In this document: positions 15,085 through 28,742 of the stretch, one piece after another
Numbering within the stretch: position 1 is the stretch's first letter
Layout: each line of letters opens with the position of its first letter
Assembly: GCA_951406725.2 (NCBI GenBank)
Contig: OX597830.1
Location: 36,084,001 to 36,148,000 of the forward strand
Direction of reading: 5' to 3'
Length of the DNA: 64,000 nucleotides
Source of the DNA: Octopus vulgaris
Lineage: Eukaryota
Notes under the pieces: generated by a model
What the model was told of the DNA's origin: nothing
What the model saw: the letters and a program-made list of their open reading frames with translations, nothing else
The model's database searches: none
Position numbers and translations under genes: made by a program

Positions 15085-15533
15085 TTCTTTTCTATTCTAG
15101 GCACAAGGCCCGAAAATTTCGCGGGGAGGGGGCCAGTCGATTAGATCGACCCCAGTGGCAATTTGTATGCAATTTATCGTCCCCGAAATGATGAAAAGCA
15201 AAGTCAACCACGGTGGAATTTGAACTCAGAACTCAGAACTTAGAACGTAAAGGCAGACGACATACCACTAAGCATTTCGCCCGGCGTGCTAACATTTCTT
15301 ATTTGTTTACTGCCCACAATGGGCTACACACACAGGGGTAATACAAGGACATACAAACAGATTCAGTCGATTATATCGACCGCAGTGCGTAACTGGTACT
15401 TATTTAATCGACCCCGAAAGGATTAAAGGCAAAGTCAACCTCGGCGGAATTTGAACTCAGAACGTAGCGGCAGACGAAATACGGCTACGCATTTCGCCCG
15501 GCGTGCTAACGTTTCTGCCAGCTCGCCGCCTTA
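15085..15533 (-). mobile_element. SINE family A, two-unit copy
   Basis: Reverse complement of 61897-62480. Head ends ...gccagctcgccgcctt at 15533. The body gcaaagtcaacc.cgg.ggaatttgaactcagaac occurs twice. Confidence 0.9.
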
Positions 15534-16277
15534 AAATGGGATCCATCTTTATGAAATAGCAGTGTTTAGAGACAAGCATAGCAACTATCTCACCATTTAT
15601 TACATTTATACAAGAACGAGTAGAAATGGAAACACCAGCAGCGATTAAGTGTTTTCTTAGAAAGCACTGACCATGGCTCTAAAAAAAAAGTGATCAGCAG
15701 GGCCAGTAGAGTTATACTTGAACAGAGGATAAATCTTGACCAACCTAGATCGGATCGCCTGAAGAAAGGTGTATAATGTAAAATCCGAAGCCTCCCGTTG
15801 AGTCCAGGATGTAACACGGACGGTGTTGCCAGGCATTGTATCTATAACTCTCTGTATAATTGAATGATAATTTAATTTATCACATACAAATTCCTCTCAG
15901 TGTATTATATTCGGCTTCATTACTTTAATATTGCTGAAGTTAGCTTCATTACATCTTCCTCATTAAGGACCTCTGATTAAACTAATTATACGACTTCATA
16001 CCTAATAGTCATTCTGGATTAAATAATTTTGTACACCACCTTGTTAAAATTCGTAGGACTCACTCTGTTTTATTCCAACTTTACGTTTATTTCTTCTGTT
16101 GTGCCTGGGGGGAGTCATTCTCTTTTAATGTCTTATAATTTAAGACACTCATTTCTTCATTTTATTTTAATAAATTTTAATGCTAATTTATACTAACTTA
16201 TATTCTCTTTCCTGTTAGAATGTCAATCTTTTCTCGCGCTCGTTTACTTTGATTTTATTCGTTTTGTTAATATAATA

Positions 16278-16455
16278 CAGTTCTATATTTAAGAGATGTG
16301 GAATTATGTACATTATTTATATTATTTACATTATTTACATTTGACGGATATTTGTCCTCATCTATTTTATTATTAATACGTTTCGTTTGATATGCCATCT
16401 AGCCTTCATCAGGTCTCTTGGGGTGTTATTAATATTATTATTATTAGTATCATCA

Positions 16456-16516
<61 letters not shown>

Positions 16517-16617
16517 CATAATAACATCGAAAAATACTTTAGCGATGAGAACCCAAGTTCGAAATTTCCCCAAGATGAGGACAAATATCCCTCAACTGTA
16601 AATAATGTAAATAATGT
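16278..16617. mobile_element. Hammerhead-tail repeat (family E): inverted 3' copy (16278-16423, -), (ATT)n, forward copy lacking the ribozyme (16522-16617, +)
   Basis: Both arms match 52370-52469 and 52690-52872. Confidence 0.8.
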
Positions 16618-16684
16618 TCTTTATCATATTTCATCTGATATTTTCATTGTTTCAACAAACATCATACTTTTCAAGGTTAAAATT

Positions 16685-16722
<38 letters not shown>

Positions 16723-16751
16723 AACATATATATACTCAGGCATATATATAA

Positions 16752-16798
<47 letters not shown>

Positions 16799-17719
16799 CA
16801 TAACTATCTTTCAATAAATAGTTATGTGTGTGTAGGTGTGTGTGCGTACGTGTGTATAAAAACATTGTAATTTTAAAATACATCCTTGATTTGATTAAAT
16901 GATACCATTGTTTTAATATATAGCCGATCCCGTAGTTACATCGTATACTTTATACATTCATATTAGTGACATGGCATGACCTTTTAATAGATATCACAAT
17001 TTCAAGATAAGCATGTTTCATATTCGTCACTTCATACACATTGTAAATATAGCGTATTTAATATTTTTGTTGTTTTTTTTTTATATATCTCATTATTTTA
17101 ATCCGCATTCAGGATAACGTATTTGCGCCATTGTATGTGTGTACGTGTGTATGTGTATATGTGTGTGTTCTTGCGTTCGTGTGTGTGTGTGTGTGTGTAT
17201 TCTTGATTACCTTCCCATACCTTCATTTTTACGCATCGCAAACTAACATCACGTGTTTTCATTCTGTTGTAATTTATTAAAACCTACATTTGTTTCAATG
17301 TATAGCAAATTGCTCTCAGTTACAATTTTCAGTCAACACACATACACGTTATTGCTTCGACACAAGCTCATATTTAAGAAAAAAAAATACAATATTATTT
17401 TTAAATACATACGTTTCATAATCAACGTTGTACACCTAAGCAGAAATTAGGTTCTCGGTGAGAAAATCATGAGACAAAAATTCTACCAAGTTTAATAATT
17501 CTGAAGCTGCCATTAATATATGAACACGTGTGTATGTGTAAGCTTGTGTTTGTGTGCACGCGCGTTTGTGTCTGCGCGTGCGTGTGTTTGTATGTCTGTG
17601 TATCTGTCTCAGAGTGTGTACATTTTTCGTTAAACCATTCTGTGTAATATACAATAATATTTGAAGATATTACACGTTACATATTTAACAAATTTCGTCG
17701 GTTTAGTCTAATTGCTTGT

Positions 17720-17900
17720 AAGGTGGCGAGCTGGTAGAAACGCTAGCACACCGGGTGAAATGCGTAGCCGTATTTCGCCTGTCGTTACGTTCTGAGTTCA
17801 AATTCCACCGAGGTCGACTTTGCCTTTCATCCTTTCGGGGTCGATTAATTAAGTACCAGTCACGCACTGGGGTCGATATAATCGACTTAATCTGTTTGAC
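17720..17900 (+). mobile_element. SINE family A
   Basis: aaggtggcgagctggtagaaacgctagcac...gagttcaaattcc...gactttgcctttcatcctttcggggtcgat, matching 61897 onward. Confidence 0.9.
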
Positions 17901-18356
17901 TGTATATATATGTATATATATTTATATAAGAAGTGTGTGTGTGTATGTGAGTATGTGTGCGTGTTTTTGTGTGAGTGAGTATGCAAGTGTTGGCGACGCA
18001 TCAAAATAAGCAGGGTCACTAAGTTGACTAGCCACTTATAGGATTTGAAGACCAGCTGCACATCACAAGAGGAGGATTGTTGGGTTATCCATGTCATATG
18101 TAAATGTCTCTAAGAAATATAGCTTCTACGTAGCTTAGATCTGAGAATATCACCACGCTACTCAATTGCAGATCCGAAATTTTCAGCAAATGCAGTCATA
18201 AGTTCATGTTACCTTTAGCAAAATGAATGATACAAACCTCACCAGATTGAGCAGGTTCTCGCAAACTTTAAACCCCAGTCCTTAAAATTATTGTACAACT
18301 GGTTTTGTTATGGCTAAATTGAGTAGTTTTAGTGGATCTGAGCTACGTATATATAT

Positions 18357-18424
<68 letters not shown>

Positions 18425-18426
<2 letters not shown>

Positions 18427-18588
18427 ATTGCAGCGTGGAAGTTGTTTATAAACCATTTAAGAAACACGCAAAAACTGTTAGATTCACTTCAACATTTAAA
18501 TTTAAATGGCTTATAAACACCTTCCAGGCTGTTTTCATTCCAGCACACGATCTCAGATCAGGTCACTTGCTATGCAAGTACATCTACG

Positions 18589-18590
<2 letters not shown>
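18425..18590. repeat. Short interspersed fragment with a 30-bp inverted repeat, between (TA)n arrays
   Basis: 18431-18460 is the reverse complement of 18502-18531 with 3 mismatches. Confidence 0.65.
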
Positions 18591-18663
<73 letters not shown>

Positions 18664-18668
<5 letters not shown>

Positions 18669-19177
18669 GACAAAAGTAAATAGACATCCCATAAACCATC
18701 GTTTTATGTTTATTCTAACTTGTAAAGGTGTATATTTTTCTTTAAGTGACATGTTCATGTTTCAGGTTCTGTATATGACTGTTTAATCATGCCATGTACA
18801 AAAAAAGCATTGGAACTGTCTAAATTTCAATGAGGCCGTATTGTGGGTCATTCTGAAGATGGACATAGCGTAAAGTCGTAGAAAATCTTGGGATTCCGCT
18901 TTCTACAGTTAATAGAGTGATTGTGCAATTCACCGGAGAAGAGAAGGAGTCCACATTACCTCGCTCAGATCAACCAGGGCCTTCTGACAGGACACTTCTC
19001 TTTGTTAAGAGAAGTGTGGAGGATAATCCTCGTTGCAAGTCCTCTGACATGGCAGAACAAGTTGAAGTCAGTCCCAGAACAGCTGTCAGGTACCTACAAA
19101 AATTTGTTTACTATGGCAGGGCCGCAAGAAGGAAGCAACTTCTTCGACCAGTCAACATCAAATGGAGAAAATATTGA
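18664..19177 (+). mobile_element. Tc1-like DNA transposon relic (left end and N-terminal HTH region of the transposase)
   Basis: From ATG 18789: MPCTKKALELSKFQ*GRIVG, frameshift, [17 protein letters not shown]...[47 protein letters not shown]. No DDE domain follows. Confidence 0.8.
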
Positions 19178-19540
19178 ACCTGGAATTAATTCCTCCCCCT
19201 TCTCGTAACTTTCAAGGAAGTAATTCCTCACCCTCTACGGAACTTTCCAGGATGTAATTCCTCACCCTCCTCGGAACTTTCCAGGAAGTAATTCCTCCCC
19301 TTCCCCCACTCCTCGGAACTTTCTCTCGTTCCTCTCCCTCATAGGAACTTTCCAGGAAGCAATTCGTCCCCTTCCCCCTCGGAACTTTCTCCCGTTCCTC
19401 TCCCTCATAGGAACGTTCCAGGAAGTAATTCCCCCCACTCCTCAGAACATTACTGGAAAGTTCCGAGGAGGGGGAGGAATTACTTCCTGGAAAGTTGAGA
19501 GGAGGGGAGGAAGTTCCGAGGAGAGGGAGCAATTACTTAC
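19178..19540. repeat. ~35-bp minisatellite (GGAACTTTCCAGGAAGTAATTCCTCCCCCTCCTC) with terminal inverted units
   Basis: Forward units at 19180-19450, reverse-complement units at 19452-19540. Confidence 0.85.
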
Positions 19541-19573
19541 ATACCTACTCTAACATACATGCCTTTATATTTA

Positions 19574-19686
<113 letters not shown>

Positions 19687-19937
19687 CGCACATATATGTG
19701 TGCGTGTGTGTGTGTGATGTGTGTATGTATATATGTATGTATGTATATGTTTATGTATGTATATATATATGTATGTACGTATAAATGTATGTATATATGT
19801 ATATATGTATGTATGTATGAATAAACATTACTGTGTCTTTCCCTATGCAGTCCTCATTCAATATCTGAGGAAATTTGTTCATACGTTTCCATTAACAAAA
19901 CTGTCTTCTAATATTAGTTTTGTGTTACATATTTGTT

Positions 19938-20668
19938 ATGTTGTTGTTGTTGATGATGATGATGATGATGATAATAATCATGATGATGGTGATGATGATG
20001 GTGATGATGATGATGATGATGATGATGTTGATGATGATGATGATGATGATGTTGATGATGATGGTGATGATGATGATGATGATTGTGATGATAGAAGTTT
20101 TTCTAATGATTGTTATTGCTTTTTATTATCTCTGTATGTGTTTTTAAAGTTTTCCCTGCTTTTATTTTTCGTTTTTTGTGTTATTATTCATGTAACTTTT
20201 TTTTTGTTTTTTTTTCTTTCATATTTGTTCATATTTCATCATATTCCATTGCCCGCCGGTATCGTAATTTTAAAATATAATCGTTTATTACGATTATTAA
20301 AGAAATCATCATCACCATCATCATCATTGCCATCCTCAGTGGCAGTAGCAACAGCAGCATCAGTCGCAGCAGCAGCAGTATGATCGACAATATAATCTTT
20401 GTTGGTGTCATTCCTATGATTATTACCACTGTGTACACGTTCATATTTTCATATCTTTATTGCAGATACCCGCTTCTCAAACATATTTTAACAGGATCAT
20501 GTTTTCCATATAAATCATTATTATTAATACGTGTTGTTGTTGTTGTTGTTGTTGTTGCTTTTCGTCTACTTCGTGTCATCATCATCAGCATCATTATCGT
20601 TATTATTGCTATTATCATTATTATTGCTATTATCATTATCATTGTTATTGTTGTTGTCGTTATTATTA

Positions 20669-20720
<52 letters not shown>

Positions 20721-20981
20721 AACTACTACTACAACTACTACTACTACTATTATTGCTATCATTATTATTATCATTGTCACCATCATTATTATTCATGATG
20801 AAACTAGTAAAAATGTATCTGTAATAATAATAAATGTAATAATAATCTAATTATATTATTATTATTATTGTTGTTGTTGTTGTTGTTGTTGTTGTTATTA
20901 TTATTATTATTATTATCTTTAATAACAATGATAATATAAGTATTATTATCATCATATAATCATTATCACCATCATCATCAC

Positions 20982-21038
<57 letters not shown>

Positions 21039-21050
21039 TATTGCCAAATT
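19938..21050. repeat. Mosaic trinucleotide microsatellite field (GAT/GTT/ATT/ACT/CAT)
   Basis: Directly visible; explains the poly-D/M/I/L ORFs. Confidence 0.9.
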
Positions 21051-21636
21051 TATTATCAGTGTTAATATTATTGCTGTTATTATTTATCTTCCTACAAATG
21101 CTGCATTTTATGGCGGTGGATCTATCGTGGCTATGAAGGTGATTACGTGTTGGCATGTATGTGATGCCCCGGATGATATTGATGGCAACGGATATTTTAG
21201 ATGCCATCATTATTATGATTATTGTTGTCGTACATATTTTCTCATGCTAGCCATGATGATGGAGTTATCTTCTGGATGATGTCCATCTCCACATCAGCTA
21301 TCGAAGCACCTTCAGCCATCATTACGAACATCTTCATAAGTAACGTTCCTTTGAGACACTTCAGGGCCACTGACGCCATATCCATCACCATTAACATCTG
21401 CATATGTGTCTATATATATATATACATATATATATATACATACACACACATACATACACACAGACACATATATATATTTATATATATAGGGAGAGAGAGA
21501 GAGACAGCGATGCGTGTGCATATGTGGGAATATATATATATATGCTGTTATGTAATGGTGTAATAAAGTATTGATTGGGTATTATCTGATGGTTGATGTT
21601 TGATTGATTTAAGTATGTTTCTCCATTTTCTAATTT

Positions 21637-21682
<46 letters not shown>

Positions 21683-21726
21683 TACATATACACACACATA
21701 TATATATATATATGTATATACATATT

Positions 21727-21780
<54 letters not shown>

Positions 21781-21905
21781 CATACATAAATACATACATA
21801 CATACATATATACATATGTATGTATGTATCTTCTAATATTCGGGTAGATATATGGCAACAACAATCGCATTGTGAGCAGTAACATCATAATCATTATATA
21901 TATAA

Positions 21906-21937
<32 letters not shown>

Positions 21938-21956
21938 GTGAAAGTGAGAGAGAGAT

Positions 21957-22011
<55 letters not shown>

Positions 22012-22373
22012 TTACATAAATTTTTGTATGTATATATGCATTTACGACCTTTACGTAAACACATAGTCTGACATACGTAAGCATCTATGTATATATGTAT
22101 ATATGCACACACACATGCACGCACGTATACACACGCATGCACGCACGCACGCACACACACACACATACCATATGTATGTATGTATTAATGCACGCACATT
22201 TAGACACTTGCATAAACACATATAAAAAACAACAAGCTCAACAAAACTATTTGATAGAAAAATATTGCTCTGCTTGAAATTATTTCCTTTTTAACCATCA
22301 CACATGTACGCCGACACTGACAGATATACACGCACATATATACGCACACACTCACATTTATTTGCGTGAGAGT

Positions 22374-22418
<45 letters not shown>

Positions 22419-22740
22419 TATGTGTGTCTGTGAGTGTGTACGCACACACACCTATATGTATATTTGTGTGCAGAAATACTGTTTGTATTCATGTATATTC
22501 TCTATGTCTATACCTCTTCCTTCCACCTCTTTTCTTCGTTATAACTTCGGTCTTACCTTGTCTTCGCTTTCGTTATTCTTCGCTTTATAATTACTTAAGT
22601 ATAATTCCTCTAAGTTTTAGTCTCAATTTTTTAAAAATATTGTTTATTTATTTATTTATCCATTTATTTATTTATTTGCTATTGTTGTTGTTATCGTTAA
22701 AGTGTCGTTGCCTTGTTTAAGATGTCTTGTGCGTACTTGG

Positions 22741-22794
<54 letters not shown>

Positions 22795-23189
22795 GTGTGT
22801 GTGTATAAGATATCTGTGTGCATATACGTGTATATGTGTATGAGTGTTTGAATCCGGGTTCTGTTAAACTTTGAGATATATTCGTTTGCTTAACATTTGT
22901 TTTCTTTCCCTCTCTTAGTCTTTCTCTTTCTCTCCTTCGCTTGTGGTTTCCCCTCTCACCAGACGTACAAACATATATACATACATTTACATACTTTAAT
23001 ATATTAACGTTCATATACACACACAGCCATATATATATATGCGTGTGCGTGTGTATAGAGAGTGACACAAAGATACTTACATACACATACATATACATAT
23101 ATATGCACTCATACATTTATGTGTGCGTGTGTGTGTGTGTGAGTGTATGTGTATAAATATATATGTGCCCATGCAGATATATACGTATA

Positions 23190-23227
<38 letters not shown>

Positions 23228-23282
23228 CATACACATACACACACACGCATACATAAGTTTCTTTTGTCCCGTCTCTCCGTCC

Positions 23283-23330
<48 letters not shown>

Positions 23331-23714
23331 CTGTTTGTGGAACAGTTTAGCTATCTTTCTATCTATCCACACATCTCTCTCCTATCTAATCTCATACCTA
23401 TCTACTTATACATCTATCTAGCTATCTATCCCTGTACCTGTCTCCCTATTTTCATACCTATCTATTTACATATCTTTCTATGTATCTATCTACCTATTTA
23501 TCTACATACCTATCAACTCACATTTATCCCTATCCAACTATTTATCTATCTGAATACATGCATCCATGTCTATGGAAGATATATTGTGTTTTCTTCTATT
23601 TTATTCTACACCGCCTCGATCCGCCATTTTATTTGTTCTACATATTATCTGTGGATGCCTTCTTTTTTAATATTATATTCTTAGCTTTTTTCTTCCAGCT
23701 CGGTGATCATAAAT

Positions 23715-24071
23715 AACATCTTATCATCATCATTACTATTGTCGTCATCATCATCATCTTTATCCCTATCATCATCAGCATCATCATCATCATCATCCTC
23801 ACCATCAGCATCATCCTCATTCTCATCATCATCATCATCATTACGAGCATCATCAGCGGCACCATGATCATCGTCGTCGACGTCCTCATTGTCGTCATTG
23901 TCATCCTCATCATGGTCGTGAGCACGATTAACATTTGCAATTGTCATCAACATCAACATCATCATCACCAGTAGCAGCAACAGCAACATCGCCACCAAAA
24001 TACATCATCATTACTATCCCACCACACCAGCATCACCGTCATCATCATCATCATCATCATCATCGCCATCA

Positions 24072-24104
<33 letters not shown>

Positions 24105-24403
24105 TCATCCCTGTCATCATCATCATCATCATCATCATCACAATCCTCATCCTTTTTTAATCATGAAAGCCAGCATTACCATCATAATCATCATAACCAT
24201 CATTACCAAAGGCAGCAACAACCTCGTAATCAACGTCCACAGCAGTATTGTAATCAGCAGCAGAAACTACCCGCATCATCTTCATCATCATCATCATCGT
24301 CACCATCATCAATAAGAAAATCATCATCATTATTATCGTCATAATCATCATCACCATCATCATCATCGTCATCATTATCTTCATCATCATCATCACCATT
24401 ATC

Positions 24404-24447
<44 letters not shown>

Positions 24448-24554
24448 TATCTTCATCATCATCATTATCTTCCTCATCGTCATCATCATCACCGTCATCA
24501 TCATCGACATCGGCATTCCCCTTCATCACACATTACTTATGTTCTTCATAATAC

Positions 24555-24593
<39 letters not shown>

Positions 24594-24721
24594 CTGCCAC
24601 GGTGACCACCACGATCTCATCATCCCCATCTTAATCATGAACATCGTCTCCATCATTATCATCGTCGTCATTGCCACCACAACTATAACCACCATCACCA
24701 TTATCATCGCCGTCGTCGTCG

Positions 24722-24757
<36 letters not shown>

Positions 24758-24790
24758 CTATCTCCATAAAATAAACCCAAATCGTCATTA
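23715..24790. repeat. Long degenerate (CAT/CGT)n field
   Basis: Directly visible; explains the poly-H/D/M ORFs. Confidence 0.9.
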
Positions 24791-25273
24791 TTTATAAGTT
24801 CTATATGAAAAAGAAAAAAAGAAAAAAAAAACGTAGGTGCAGAAGAAATCACTGACAAAAAAAAAAGAAGAAAATTGCCGGGGAAATTGATTTGCCTTAA
24901 GCATTGCGAAATAATCTACATTAATCAATTTTTTCCTCTTGTTCTTCCTTTAGTTCTTGCATTATTTGTTGTTGTTGTTGTAGATGTTATTGTTGTTGGT
25001 GGTGTTGCTCTTGGTGGTATTGGTGTTGTTGTCGGTGGTAGTGTTGCTGTTGCTGTTATTACTGTAGATATTTGCTCGTAGAGGCGGGAGAGAAAATGGC
25101 GGTAATAGTTGCGGTGATGATTGTCTCGTTACAATCTCTCATCCCCTGCTTTTGTTATATGTATATAAGTTTGTGTGTATATAAGCGTGTATGTTTGTAT
25201 GCATGTATGTATGTATGTTTGTATGTATGTATGTATGTACATACACGTATTTATATTTACACAACTGTGGGAG

Positions 25274-25305
<32 letters not shown>

Positions 25306-25331
25306 CACACATATATATATATATATATATA

Positions 25332-25389
<58 letters not shown>

Positions 25390-25441
25390 TATACATATAT
25401 ATACATATATATATGTATATATATATATATGTGTGTGTGTA

Positions 25442-25510
<69 letters not shown>

Positions 25511-25690
25511 ACATACACATACATATATATTTGTATGTGTGACTTGCTATGGATGCATAAATATTTACTTATACATATGTATACGTGAGCGTGTGTAATT
25601 ATATTTATATGTGTATACTTATGTATATGTTCAGCAGTATATATAAATATGTATGTATATATATATACTTCGCTTTTGTATCTCGTATTT

Positions 25691-25756
<66 letters not shown>

Positions 25757-26634
25757 GTGGAATATATGTATGTGTGTGCATACATATATACATACATACA
25801 AGCATACATATGCACAGTCATACATAGATGCATGCAGGCTTTCATTTAAACATACATACATGCATACGTAGATACATACATAAACACTTTTTCTCCTCTT
25901 CTTTTTCTGGCCTTTCAATTAGCCCAAGCAGGTTTCTATCCGAAGGCATTATTTAAAATGTATGAAAAGTAAGCAAAATCTATGAGAGGCATAAAATAAG
26001 GAGGTTTTCTTTTAGAATCCAAATTCTTTCAGGCAAAACTCGCGCAGGCACAATAATTCTGGGAATTCGATATTTCTTTGCTCAATAACTTATTTCGGTC
26101 TATGGGTAAGCTAACTACAGTACACAAATGCTGGAATTATTTCAGCTTATACACACTGTGTACAATCCTCGTTTCCGTTATTTTTTCTATGACTATTTAC
26201 TTATTATTGCTGTTGTTATTAGCATTATTAATATTGTTGTTGTTGTTGTTATTATTGTTGCCGTCGTTGCTACTGTTTTACTATTGTGCTTCTTATTTTT
26301 GTTGTTTTGGAGGTTGCTGTTCTTTAGTTGTTAGTGTTATGGTTATTTTGTCGTGACAGTTTCGTTTTTGTTGGTTTATCATGTATGTATGCACTTATGC
26401 ATGTGTGTGTATGCATGATCCTATTTATACATACATACACATACACACACACACACATGTATATACTATACAAACAAACATATATATTTATATATATTCA
26501 TACAAATACAAATGTGTATATACGTATATATATACATATCATATGGCTATTGAATATTGCGTCTAACTCCTTTATACTTTTCTTTGAAATCATGTCACGT
26601 CGAGAACGTATATAGAACAGCATATGTACATACA

Positions 26635-26682
<48 letters not shown>

Positions 26683-26841
26683 TACGTACATATATACATT
26701 TGTATGGGTGTATTTTTGTGTGTATGCGTGTACATAAATACATATATACATACGATCACGCATATACTTGCATGCACAATCGACACCCTCCCACACACAT
26801 ATATACACATATATGTGTGCATATATATACATATATATATA

Positions 26842-26920
<79 letters not shown>

Positions 26921-27535
26921 CTATATACACCAGCATTTAAGAAATCCTATTCATTTTCGTCCCTGAGTTCTGCATTGTTTCTGGTTTCTTTTCACCAAAC
27001 CACTAAATGATGAACAGAACATGATTATGTCGCCATTAATGTCCTTTGAACAACATTATAAAAAATTACCTGGATATTTCATTCCTTGTGCTGATCTTTT
27101 TTAATACTTTTCGTTTCTCACTCTCTTTAAGTATTTTTTTCTTTTGCTCTTTTATCTTTTTAGTCGTTACATTTTTCTTTTCATTTTTTTCTTCATCTAT
27201 AAATTAGGTTTCTATGTAAAACTGTTATGGGATACATCGAATACGTGAGAAGATAGACATGAGAAGAACAAGACGAAGATTTTTTTTCCAATACTAAACT
27301 TATGTATTCTATTTTTTTATAATTAATTCTTTCTTTATTTTTCTTCATTTTTTCTTGTTTTGTAAATGTCACTAGTTTCGTAATATTAGTATTTTAGTAT
27401 TTTATTTCAGGATTCTTTCAATACTTCTTCCACAAGATAACGCCACAAATATCAGCATCTTTCAACAATCTCGTGATAATCACGTTTACTTTTTTCATTA
27501 TCAAAATTATATTTACTACTATTTATAATAGTATC

Positions 27536-27690
<155 letters not shown>

Positions 27691-28527
27691 CATTAATAAT
27701 ATATGTGCTTGCCGTGTCCAGGGGTGTTATAATATTTTGAAGAATTTGTTGATTATTGACAGTTTTTTGTGGAACTTTTTCATTTTCTGTTTTGCATTTT
27801 CTTCGTTTTCAGATTATTTAACATACAAGGAACTTTGAAAATGTCGAGATATATCTCTCGGCGATTGAGATGGACTGAAGATTTATTTAAATGTCATTTT
27901 AGTTTTGTTCTGTCCCTGGGTCATGATTCACAGTTTTTTTTGTTTTTGATTTTTTCTTTGTATCTGACGAAGAACTGAAGGAGTACTTCCATAAATTGAT
28001 AGAGCAAGTGCAGACTTGCGAGGAGATGGGTTCGTTTGTGTAATTCTTTCGACATAGAAAAGAGAACGTTTATCATAATTACTTTGGTTGAACATAGCTG
28101 TGTTTAAACTTGTAAAAGGTTGGGTGAATATAACAAGATCGGACTGAGCGAATGGACCTGTATAAATCTACAGGATAAAATGTACAAAAGGGGTAAGGAC
28201 TACATGCTATGATGTCCCTTCTGATTATAGTGACTCGGAATCTGTGGAGTTACTCGGTTGTCCCCGGTGGGCGGTGACCCCTGTGCGGAATTTTCAATTG
28301 TTGGTCTCTTTTGTGGTTCGAATATTGTGTTGCTCACAAAATTTTTCCCAACAAGAGATGGTCACTATATGGACGAATTGCAGGTTGAGAAAGGAGAATA
28401 TTAAATTTGTAGGAGTTCTCTATGGTTCATATATGCATCCTTTTCAATGATATCAGATCCATATTTTTACAAAAATGTCAGGGAAATGTGCAGTAACATA
28501 AAGCAGCTGATATTTTGATTAGAATAT

Positions 28528-28742
28528 TGATTTCAAATTTTTGGAACAAGGCCAGCGATTTGGAAGGGTGACTAAGGCGACTACATAGACCCCAGTGCTC
28601 AACTGGTACTTATTTTATCAACCCCAGGAGGACAAAAAGCAAAGTCAACATCGGCGGAATTTGAGCTCAAAACGTAAAGCCGGATGAAATGCCGGGAAGC
28701 ATTTTGCCCGTCGTACAAACGATTCTACCAGCTCACCAGCTT
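28528..28742 (-). mobile_element. SINE family A, diverged
   Basis: gaccccagtgctcaactggtacttattttatc...gcaaagtcaacatcggcggaatttgagctc...ccagctcacc. Imperfect flanking direct repeat. Confidence 0.85.

Noticed and set aside
23935-24315. His/Arg-rich ORF
   Set aside because: Lies in a (CAT/CGT)n field; an artefact.
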